Origin: Rhizodiscina lignyota
Taxonomy: Eukaryota
NCBI GenBank assembly: GCA_010015805.1
Contig: ML978126.1
Span: forward strand, 1-64,000
DNA: 64,000 bases
Direction: 5' to 3'
Part shown: one piece after another, positions 12,778 through 23,285 of the stretch
Numbering within the stretch: the stretch's first letter is position 1
Layout of the letters: each line of letters begins with the position of its first letter
Notes under the pieces: generated by a model
Databases searched by the model: none
Seen by the model: the letters and a program-made list of their open reading frames with translations, nothing else
Told to the model about the DNA's origin: nothing
Program-made: the position numbers and the translations under genes

Positions 12778-14463
12778 TCATGATGAGAGTTCAATGTCGA
12801 CACTAAATTCACTTGCACGCGTAATGTGTTCTTTGTATAGCATCACAATCACGCGATCCGATTGGTTGATATGGAACTGCATTGGTGTGCCGTCGAAGGC
12901 TGTGCCGTCCTGTGGACCGGGACGCCTCCGATTCTGAGCCAGGAGCATTGGAAGACCGTTCTCTAGATCATTCTCCGGTTGAAAGACATTACAATATACC
13001 CTTGTTTCGCCATACATGACGAAATGTACTACGAATGGGCGAATGGGTCCAGTGAGAAGATGCGCCGGTGCAACTCCGGAGGTGGTTTGCTCACTGTCTT
13101 CGAACAGCATCGCAAATTCCCACATGTGATCATCCAGATCTCGCCTACCTGCTGTAGTTGCTAATCTCATCTTTTCACGCCAATATCGCTCGGGATATGC
13201 TTTGGTCAAGCGGTAAGGCCGGCCGCTGGGCAAGGAGCGAAATAATAAACCAGTTCGAGGTGAATCAAGCCCCGACAAGAATCTTGGCGGGTTCCTTGGT
13301 ATGTAGATGGAAACGAAGTTGTGTCTACCTCCAGAGTGACGGTTTGAGTATAAAAGATTTGTGCTCAAAGGAACACAACCGGGTCCATATAATCGAATAT
13401 ATTCATCTCCGCCCTGCCACATAAGTGGTATTGCAAGATCTTCGAGGTAATCGCCCTTATAGCAGCGGATGATAGCATAAAACAACTCGAATTTGAGATA
13501 AGCGTGCATCTTATGCTGCATGAGAGGCAACGTTATATGCAATCCACGATTCGTCATGGCGTAGGGCTGAGCCCCAGGAGCATCGTAAGAAAGTATGTTG
13601 CTGGATCCTGCGAATTCAGCAGGCGAAGAAGCAAAGACCCCTCGTCGGATATACCAATCATTCATTTTGCTCCCCCCTGGGATTGGGAAACAGGCGGTGT
13701 CGTCATAGTCTCCCGTGTATTCGGGGTTCATTCCCCAAGCGAAAATTGACTGGTCGACAGAGCTCTTCATAATTTCTTCTTGGAGACGAATGAAAGCGCC
13801 TTCGCCTTCGCCGTATAATAATGGCATGCTGACGTCAAATAGTCCAAGCAGGCAATACGCCATGTCCTCGGGTCGTGTCGTTCGTCTATTGGCAGCCCAC
13901 GACATCCGGGCCGCAATGGTGGCCATTCGAAAGTTCCTCCCGTGCAGCATATCCTCTGGTATACCGGTAATGCAGGAAACAATGCTACTGAGAGACTCCC
14001 GTGTCCCCAGCGAAATCCAATCATAACCGAAAAAGGTAACTTGGACGGGGGCAATCAATTCCTGGAGCGTCCATCCGCGAGAAAACCAGCGACATTTCTT
14101 TAGCGAGCTTACAGATGGTGTTGGACCGTCGCTGTAGTCGTCCAGGCACGCAAAACAGGCGCTCGCCGTCACGTACCAGCGAAACATTGAGTTTATGGCT
14201 TCCGACAGCTCAGCGGAGGACGTCTTATCGATGCAGCAAGTATCAATCCAGACGTAGTGTATGCCCAACGAAAGGGCTTGGTTGCAGCACGCGAGGATCT
14301 TCCTGTAGCCAGGTTTGCCACGGAGTTGCTCGGGGGAGAAATCTTTCATCTCCTGGAACGACACCTCGCCATCCCGCCATGTGTGGGATAAAATTGCATA
14401 GCGAGGAATTTTATCTGGAGTGAACTCATGGATAACTATTGCCTGGGCATCAAGCAGCCGCAT
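12778..14463 (-). CDS. Stand-alone HET-domain protein (heterokaryon incompatibility, HET-E-type N-terminus), 561 aa, intronless
   Basis: MRLLDA...YAILSHTW; WIDTCCIDKTSSAELSEAINSMFRWY; WFSRGWTLQELIAP; RMSWAANRRTTRPEDMAYCLLGLFDVSMPLLYGEG...AFIRLQEEI...DQSIFAW. No NACHT, WD40 or ANK repeats recognised. Confidence 0.93.
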   Translation of the reverse strand: MRLLDAQAIVIHEFTPDKIPRYAILSHTWRDGEVSFQEMKDFSPEQLRGKPGYRKILACCNQALSLGIHYVWIDTCCIDKTSSAELSEAINSMFRWYVTASACFACLDDYSDGPTPSVSSLKKCRWFSRGWTLQELIAPVQVTFFGYDWISLGTRESLSSIVSCITGIPEDMLHGRNFRMATIAARMSWAANRRTTRPEDMAYCLLGLFDVSMPLLYGEGEGAFIRLQEEIMKSSVDQSIFAWGMNPEYTGDYDDTACFPIPGGSKMNDWYIRRGVFASSPAEFAGSSNILSYDAPGAQPYAMTNRGLHITLPLMQHKMHAYLKFELFYAIIRCYKGDYLEDLAIPLMWQGGDEYIRLYGPGCVPLSTNLLYSNRHSGGRHNFVSIYIPRNPPRFLSGLDSPRTGLLFRSLPSGRPYRLTKAYPERYWREKMRLATTAGRRDLDDHMWEFAMLFEDSEQTTSGVAPAHLLTGPIRPFVVHFVMYGETRVYCNVFQPENDLENGLPMLLAQNRRRPGPQDGTAFDGTPMQFHINQSDRVIVMLYKEHITRASEFSVDIELSS

Positions 14464-15238
14464 TGTGAGGTGAGGAAGTGAAAAGATGAATGGAGAGAAG
14501 GGCAAGGTCAACTGATGCGAGCTGAAGGGTAAGGCTGCAGTTTCATGGACGAGGCGCACAGGCATGTTGGTGGTTAACAGCAATCATTGCGTCTCTATGG
14601 AAAAGTTTTAAAGAGAGCACGCTTGGAAAGATAGTACTCTATAGTATTAGAACAACATTAGGGCCTTCCGATCCTAAACATCTGTGATTAGGCTCTTGAG
14701 CACGTGCTAGCGTGTAACCTGATAGCGCGTATCGACCTTACATGTAGGGTGGAGTGCGTATAATGTCGAGCCGGACCATTTTGTAGAAGATTTCAAATTC
14801 AAAGACACCGGGTTTGAATGGCACTTTACTCATTTGAAGTCTCACATAATAACCCTTTCCGAAAGCCCAAATCAAATCAGGAATGAGTTGTGTTTCCTCT
14901 AAACCCCGTCAATCAGTGGCCGCGAAGCTCTAACGGCAATGGACTCGCGCGCATTGCTGCCCATATTTTCAAGATGGAAAGCCTTGCTCTTCCAGCCAGT
15001 TTCAACATTGATATTGCAGCGAATGGGTAGATAGCGGAAATGATCGAGCTTCCTTCGAACAAATGTGAGAGACTAGTCAACCAATATCACAATCAACACC
15101 ACTCTAATGGGCAGATGAAAGAGCTCTCGGCAATTTCAAAACCATTTTACCATTACCTTTCTATGCGGCTATGCCAGATCATGATGCCGCCGGATTTAAT
15201 GCATTAAGCCACAAAATACGCCGATATCTCTCTGTATG

Positions 15239-16413
15239 TTATGCAGTCGTGCGAGTATTCTCCAACTTCGTGACCAAGATATCCTGTGCACCTACAGATT
15301 CTAAAGTGTCCATGGTCTCGGCAAGTTTCTTCTTCTCGACCATGCTCTGCACAGCAACCCAACCAGGCTCTTCGAGCGAGTTGATGGTCGGGGCACGCTT
15401 GCCAGGAGTAATCTTGGTCGCCTGATCGAGCTTGTCGCGGTGGACGTTGTATGTGCAGAGGACATACTTTTGAGCAGCTAAAGCGGCTGTCAGCACCTGG
15501 GTTCAGTTAATACAAGGACAAAAGGCACTAACTAATAACACCACGTATCCTCGACGCGATGAGGTCGATTAGCTGGGGGTTCGAGGGATGTTTTGACTTG
15601 ATTAGTACGGCTGTGCTCTCAACCACGGTGGAAATAGCCATCAAGCCCGCTGCACGCATGGTCTCGCCCGACTCTGAGCCCTGTTAGCAGATGTACAGTG
15701 CGGCGAATTGACGCCCGAGAACTGACCAACAAGATCCACAATTCCATCAGCAACACCCAACGCACAAGCTGCCTCAACGCTTCCACCAACGTACTTGATA
15801 TGCGTCCTCAGACCAGCCTTGGCATTGCCATTGACCAGAGTTTTATCTGTGTGGACCAGCTCCAACTCTCTGAAGTACGCCTGGCTCAGATTCGTGAAAC
15901 TTGTAACCACATTCTTCCCAATCAATTCTTCCGGACGTGTGATGTCACCTTTTTCTGGTACTTGAACTTGGAGCTTACACCGGCCAAACTCCAGGTCCAT
16001 TATTTCATCTACGCCGGTCGTATCGGAAGGGGGAACTACTGCCTCATGTTCCCGCACTTGGTCTCGGCCGGTTATACCAAGATCAACGCGACCCTCGCCA
16101 ACGAATGTGGGTATATCTGCCGCCGGAAGGAAAACGAGGGCGATTGGGAGGTTCTTGACAAGAGCAATGTCAAGGCGGTTGTGGCGGTGGAATTGGATGT
16201 CGGAGCCTGTGAGCAGGTCGAGACATGCTTGGTGGAGGCGGCCCTCTTCCAGATGTTAGCTGCAGATCGTAGCGGGGATGACCATTAAGGTGCTGTACTC
16301 TTTGGGACAGCAAACAAAAGACGGTCGTTGAGGCTGGCTGGGTCGTCAGTTAGGAAGGTAGGTGAAGAATTGTACGAAGATGAGAGTGAGACGGACTGGT
16401 TGACGAGATCCAT
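15239..16413 (-). CDS. HIS1: ATP phosphoribosyltransferase
   Basis: Spliced MDLVNHLNDRLLFAVPKKGRLH; FLPAADIPTFVGEGRVDLGITG; GGSVEAACALGVADGIVDLVES; ITPGKRAPTINSLEEPGWVAV. Confidence 0.96.
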
Positions 16414-16580
16414 CTTGACGCAAAGCGATGGATCGATCTTGCTTTCTCTTCCACTTATGTATAGCTCGCGACTGCTGGTCGGGGCGTTGAGCGATTCTGC
16501 ACTGCGTGACACACTAATCTCTGATATACAGCACGCAATGCAGCGGTTGAAGTGGTTGTCGTCGTACGCTGTACTCGATC

Positions 16581-16587
16581 TGACTCA
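16581..16587. promoter_or_regulatory. Gcn4/CpcA (general amino acid control) element TGACTCA upstream of HIS1
   Basis: Perfect TGACTCA about 170 bp upstream of the HIS1 ATG, in the HIS1-RPS28 divergent intergenic region. Confidence 0.65.
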
Positions 16588-17032
16588 GTATTGACCAATT
16601 GTTGCGGCGCGTGCGACTGAACGAGCGAGTAGCTGCCGGGTGATTCGACAAGCTTTCTGCGCGCACGGCAATGCGGGAAGGCGGCCGCGGCGATCCGGTA
16701 TCGCAGGAGAGTGTCGAGAAGGAGTGACAATTCAATTGTGTTCGTCAGAGGAGTTGGTCATGTAAAAAGAAAAAGCGGCGAGTGACTGGTCGGCTCATAT
16801 GGGGCAGATGCACGGAGTGTGTCCCTTGGCTAGTGGTAGTGGCAGTGGAGTGGGCCTTACCGCCCGGCAGAACTTTCTCGCGTGCATTTGGTCGGCTTGG
16901 CAAGCCCACCGGCATTTTCTCTCACGCCGACCTCACCTCGAAGAAAAGCAGCACGGCAGCATCACGACCCAGCTTCAATCCATCAAAGCGATCCACGCAC
17001 CTCCATCCTGACATTACAACCTCTGCACAGCC

Positions 17033-17346
17033 ATGGATCCGCAAAAGCAGCCCGTCAAGCTCGTCAAGGTCACCCGTGTCCTGGGTCGAACTGGTATGCG
17101 CTCCAGCGCCCAATTCTGAGGACATTTTCTAACAGAGAATAGGCTCTCGTGGTGGTGTGACCCAGGTGCGCGTCGAATTCATGGACGACACCACCCGAAG
17201 CATCATTCGTAACGTCAAGGGTCCCGGTATGTGGTGAATAAGATATTCTATGATAAACGGAGACTGATTTTGGACAACTTCTAGTCAAGGAGAACGACAT
17301 CCTCTGCTTGCTGGAGTCTGAGCGCGAGGCTAGGAGACTGAGATAA
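17033..17346 (+). CDS. RPS28: 40S ribosomal protein S28 (eS28)
   Basis: Exons 17033-17093, 17143-17226 and 17285-17346 translate [68 protein letters not shown]; missed by the ORF track. Confidence 0.97.
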
Positions 17347-19402
17347 TTGGAGCGGTGTTGCGGATGGATGGCATGTCTGTGGAGGCTTAAAATCTGAAAG
17401 TTCTTCGGATTGAGGATGAGGTGGACGATTCGAATACCGAAGGAACGATCCTAGCCTGTAAGCTAGCAGCATAGGAGTTTCGGAAGGTTGCATTTGTCAA
17501 TTTGAGAGGCATTTCACAGCCTTAAGTGTTCAGCCATTTCACGGAGTGGTCTTTGCCCATTCAGTGCCCATCAACATCATGAAATTTCTGCTCGGTTCAC
17601 TATTCAATGCTTTCCCTTGCAACTCTTTACATATTCCTCATAACTCATTCCCACTGCCCTATCCACAGTAACATAAAGGGGCTGTTTAAATTCGCTTGGA
17701 TACCAAACTTGGTATCACCCTTGCATCCACCACCATCGACACTAGATGCACTCTCAGGTTGCTATCTACGACTCCACGATTATCCTCCAGCATCATCGCA
17801 CATGTGCCCACTCTAATGCCAAATCGTCAGCGTCGTATCCCTCGTCCGCCATGCGCACTCCTCCGCTAGACGTCCTCCGCCTTCTGTAGCGCAGCGAACA
17901 CTGACTTTACATCCTCACTGAGATTTCCAAGCTCTTCCGGAGCATCATAATCGGCGATGGTGCTCATGTCATATGAGAAAATATTCATCGTGAACTCCCT
18001 CCGAGGACCCTGCCACGGTTAAAACATGACACGGCTGTTGGCCCAGTTTGCGGAACGATGGTGAAGTTCTAGTCGAAGGTGGAGCCCAAGTTGGAGCCTC
18101 TGCATTAAAGGCTGTAGGGATTCGAGTGAGTATCTGATCTCCGTTCGATCACTATGGTGGAACAATGAGGGTGCCTTTAGCTAGACACGAATCGACAACC
18201 GGCAGTACCAGCTTCAACGACAATCTACTACGCAAAGTGAACCGCAAAGATGATACATCAACGAAGCTAAGATTATGCGTCAATGATGCTGATGGGTCCC
18301 GAGAAACATTTCTGTATGACCGAAAGAGGAGCTGAAAGCGAGAAACTTTGTCGGAGACTATTAAACTCGCATTTTTTCTAAATTCTAGTCGCCATGTCAG
18401 AGCAGGTGGGCCGACTGTTGGCTTTCCAATGAGAAGGATAAAGAATGCACTCCTTAAATCCAAAAGAACGAAATCATAACTTGTGAAAAATAGCCTGTCT
18501 TCGGCACTTAAATACAGTACCTACTCCACGTCCCACCATTACTGGCATCAATCATCAAAGCGATGTGAAAGGCCTGTGCAGACTTTTCTACTTTTAATTG
18601 TCGACCAATGTACGCGGGCGTTTCGCACGTAAGAGCCCTTGTCGAATTCCCATCAGCCGTAGGGATAGATATTTATCCAATTTCCCAGTGCGAAATGGCA
18701 GATGTGGTTGGAGATCCCCATCTCTCCGCTCTCGAAAGCAGGAACTGTTTCCAAACAGGTCATCATCGGTACTCCGTAGTCTTCCTATTGTCTTGAGTCG
18801 TGCCCTTGCAAAATTACCCGAAATGGCAGCTATGTAGATTTTAACAATGCAATTCGCTCTGGTGACGTAGAGCCTCGGCTTAAGAGTTTCCGCACTCTCA
18901 AGCATTATCGTCGATCGAAGCCCAGCAGGACGCAAATCAGAAGCTGACTTTGTGGACAGTTCGTCAACGACGTCAAACGAGGATGCGAGCAGGTTCGCAT
19001 CCCTGCCAGCCGTTGGAGATGAATGTGGAGAACCGGCACATTTGTATGCCCCTGCCGACGTGTATCAGCGATCTCTTGGCTGGCGATGAGTAAGGCGACG
19101 TAATGAGGTAAGGGTGAGACGACAGACAAGAAGCGCGTTAGGGCCGGCGCGACGCGGATGCGCAGTGCACCTCCGTTTACACCTATTAATCCACATAGGT
19201 AAACCTATTTCACTGTTACATCACTCCCCTCGAGTCTTTGGGTCGCACAAGTCCCGTTGCTTTTAACTTCACGCGCTCCCGTCCCCATCCAGGGTCCAAA
19301 GGATCGCGCCTACGCTACCCGGCCGAACGGCAGCGCGCCCAGCGGGTCGATGACATCTTCACCGCAATAAGTGAGCGGTCGTGATCACACGAGCTGTACA
19401 AG

Positions 19403-20870
19403 ATGTCTTCAGAAAACCGTGATATCGACCCTTCCAAGGAGAAGTCGGATCCTCCGGAAGGAGCTCCTGGTATAGACAAGGAGAACAAAGACTCTACTGA
19501 TGTGCCGCAAGATGTGCCAAACGAAGAGCCACCGGCTCCTTCAGTAACAGAGTCGCAATCGAGAGCCAGATTTCGTTTGCCATTCTTAGGGACGCGATCG
19601 CAGAGCGACCAGCAACAGCCAACGAACCCAGACATCTCTGATGCAGAGCGGCGGAGAGTCACGTTCGAAGCAAGTCGAAGCAGCCTTCCCATGAGTCCAG
19701 TCAGTCCCCAAGGAAGCCAATCGATGGGCCAGCGGGGATTCGGCCGAAGTATGGATCGTAGGAGAAGCTCCATTGATCCCAGGCTTCGTCCAGAGCAAGA
19801 GGTTTACCACGACAGTCGCGCAGCCACACGGAGAGAATTCAGGCGGCGAGGGACGACGCTGCAAGACTATTACAGAGAGAACCCGACACTCCTACCACAA
19901 CTCCCATTCACATTCCGCCATGGCTTTAAGAGATGGAAGCTAGGAGCGGTGATCTTGTTTATGGTCTTCGATGCTTGCGTCGTACCCATCATCTTGTACT
20001 ACGCAATGACCTTTGGCGGTAACGTTGAAGGCTGGATTACGTTTGCCGTTGTGACGGCCATCTGGGGAGGGCCAGCATACATTGAGTTCGCAATCAGATC
20101 ATGGCGCTTGATCTTGAAAGAGCGCTTCTTCCGCCCTCTTGGCGTTTCAAGCCGGTGGGCATTCGACATCACAAATTGGATCTTCGTTGCTTCGATCACC
20201 GCAACTACGGCCTTATTGATTATTGGTGCAGCGCCTCATATCGTATGGTTGCGCGTGCTATCCATGCCCGGCCCTGCTTTGTTACTCGTGTTGGGAATCT
20301 GCCTCGCGCTCATCACTCTCTACAGTTTGGCCGGCTGGAAGGCCCCTTTCAGAATCAGCTCCACGCCGAAGGGGGGTAAAGTTAATCCCGGTATTTACTA
20401 CGTTGTCGAAGATATTATTGCCGTCAATGCCGCTGGTGGTCTTCCGTTCCGAGAAGGCTGGGCTGCCAGGTACGAAGCGAGTCCGATCTTCAGGAAGATG
20501 ATCCGAGATCAATCATTGTTTTGGTCGATTGGAGCAATATGTATGGGTACGGTTTTGACGGTGATTGTTTGTGTGCATGTAAGTATTGTGCCACTGGCGA
20601 ATCGCATTTCACCGCTAACATACGGCTTTTTAGACGATCAAGAAAGAGGTCGCATATGGTGTAGGTTGGGCGACTCCATTCGTTTGGGCTGCCGTCTGGG
20701 CAGGAATCTCAGTACCTTGGGTTCGTTACATGATGCACCAGGAGACGCTCACGTGGGAGTCTGTTTGCAAAGGCAAGATGGAGAGAGGGGAGATCGAGGC
20801 CGACAAAGAAGATGAAATCGCACCGACAACAAACGGGCAAAACGGCGACACAAGTTCGAATGCGGTCTAA
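19403..20870 (+). CDS. Fungal multi-pass membrane protein of unknown function
   Basis: Disordered N-terminus, then about 6-7 hydrophobic segments; VEDIIAVNAAGG..FRE.WAARYEASPIFRKM..SLFW motif; intron about 20579-20632 leads to EVAYGVGWATPFVWAAVWAG and a stop at 20870. Confidence 0.75.
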
Positions 20871-21979
20871 GTGTGTGATTTGTTTATTAGCGAGCGTTGG
20901 AGACCAGATATTCTTCGTCCTTTCCTAGTAGATACCTAAGGGTATTGGATAGGCATGTCTATTTTGCCGAGTTGTATAGTGACTTACCAGCTTTTTATCA
21001 TGCGGCACAGCGGAAAGACCCGAAAGGATTTTGATGCGGTGAAGAGAAATTAAAGCTTGAGCTGCGATTCGCACCTTTTACATCTAATTTAATTAAGGGA
21101 GATCTAAACTGCTCTGCAATTTATCAAACCAAGCTGATCAATCGTCCATGGAGGAGCTTCGGCTTTACCGAGTTGGTCTTCTCGCCGTGGCTGAGTCGCA
21201 CCGAGCGTCCACGCACCGCCATCTTCAATCCTCTTCCAAAGCGGGACAGCAACAGATGCCAGCTATGACACATTTCAGGATCATGCTTAAGCAAGCTCGT
21301 ACGTATACGGATATGGTGTGTCTTCCTTCGTAACGCACGGCAGGGACAGCTGGATTGAATCCTGACGACGTGCATTTCTCCACCACTCGCCATAACATAC
21401 AGCCTCCTAAGGTATCCCATATATAGATCATCTCTCCTAAACTTCCTTGGCATCTACAGCCTAATATCATCGCGCAGCGTTTAGATTAATCTTTCCCTTC
21501 CTACATACGCCTCAAAGGAATTTGATTCGGAGCTTCGGGCTTAGAGACGCGTCACGCTTCAAACAATAGGTTGCTGCTGCTCCGCCACTGCGTGCTCTGT
21601 TGTAGTACATGCACTTGTTAGTTACACAGAGAAATCAGCTTTGCTTCTCTACTTGCTTTTCCATTACTCTTTTTGGGCTCCATTCCTGCAGGATGGCTTC
21701 TCGTCATTGTGATTCTTCCATTAACCTCACAGCGGCAGAGGTCTTTCACCTGTTAGCTATCTGGATCGTCATGCCTGCTACCCCTATTTCCATCATTAGT
21801 AGAATCGGACCACGATCGCAAAGAGTCTAGGAATAGAAGCAAGCCTGGGTATAAAGAGGCGCCCTCTTGCGTCTAGAAGAACGGACATTCACTCAACTCG
21901 AAACACTTATTCGAATTCAAGTCAAGAATCCATCATAGCACCATTACATGACCATATCATCTAAACGACAATCATCAAC

Positions 21980-22497
21980 ATGAAGTTCACCACCGTTCTC
22001 GGATGCGCTATGCTGTTTGGCACCGCCGCTCTCGCAACGCCAGTAGTGGTTGAAGAGGCCCGAGAGGTCGCAGAAGGTGAGTCTTAAGCGTTAACGCCAA
22101 AGCGAAATGCGACTGATGAGAGGCCAAGCAGATTATAAAACGCTCGAGAAGAGAACTGGCCATATTGATGTCACAACATGGAAAGGCAACGAATGCGGCG
22201 GCACAAATCAAGGCACCACTCAAGTCGGAACGGGTGGTAAATGCGTTAATATGTCGAACGCCGGATCGTTCTCGGTTGGAGGCTCTTCGGATATTAACCC
22301 TTCCGGCTGCAAGGTCATTCATGTTCAGTACTACCTTAACACGGGTACGTATGTATAACATTAGGGCCTGGTGTCAGACTAACAAAGGTGCAGGTTGCCA
22401 TGGCACGAAGGGTATCACACAAACCGTCAATGGCCACAGTTGTCACGCCTTGTCTCCAAACCAGGGCTCGGCCCACATGGTCTGCAAAGGTTCTTAA
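21980..22497 (+). CDS. Small secreted cysteine-rich protein (137 aa; signal peptide, Kex2 pro-domain, 6-Cys mature domain)
   Basis: TATAAA at 21850; exons 21980-22076, 22132-22344 and 22394-22497 give MKFTTVLGCAMLFGTAALATPVVVEE...YKTLEKR|TGHIDVTTWKGNECGG...KCVNM...GCKVIHVQYYLNTGCHGTKG...HSCHAL...HMVCKGS. Confidence 0.85.
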
Positions 22498-23285
22498 GTT
22501 GAATGAACCCAACTCTTATACGCAACTGGCGATATTACGGAAAGTGAACGGGTCAGTGGCTTTGAAGGACGACCTCGAATATAAGCTCACTAATATGCGG
22601 AGGCTTCTTGGAAGTGTTGAAGGCGACTATGTTAGAGTAGCTCTATATAAACTGTTCGCTCGCGGGAAACTAGCTCCTTCGTGAGGGAGCAGCTTTAAGA
22701 CTACTGAATTTATAAATGTGATGACCTGTATTGAGCAAGGCCACGCATCAGAGAAAAGTCCATGACAGTGCTGCGTACTTTACTACGAAACATATAGTCA
22801 AGGAAGTTTAAGCCAATCCAGACGGAGGATAGATAACATGTTACCAAAGTTGAGAAGTCACAGCATATGCAGGTCAAGACCGCCTTATCTTCAAAGTTCA
22901 GAATCTTTATCATTCACAAACTATCAACTGCTCGTGAAGAAAAGCATTTTGGGGGAATCTCGCAGAGAACAGAAAAAAGGGAGGCATCTCGGCACACTGC
23001 CGCTGCAAAAAGTATACACAAAAACGAGACCGCAAATGCGCAGGCAAGAAAAGCCTCCGCTGGCCGGTGGCCTGAATCGTCAAAGTCGAAGAACATCTTT
23101 GGCTCCATTTCGAGCATCCCATCGATTCGAATCGAATCCCGTTCCCCTCAATCGCAAGTGCATTAACAAGCATCATCATCAGAAGACTCAAAAACCAGTC
23201 TCAAAAAAACCTTTCGCTCATGCTGCTCCGCCAGTCGCCGACTCCACGCTCAGAATCCTAGTCGTACACTTCTTCGGCTCCTAAC

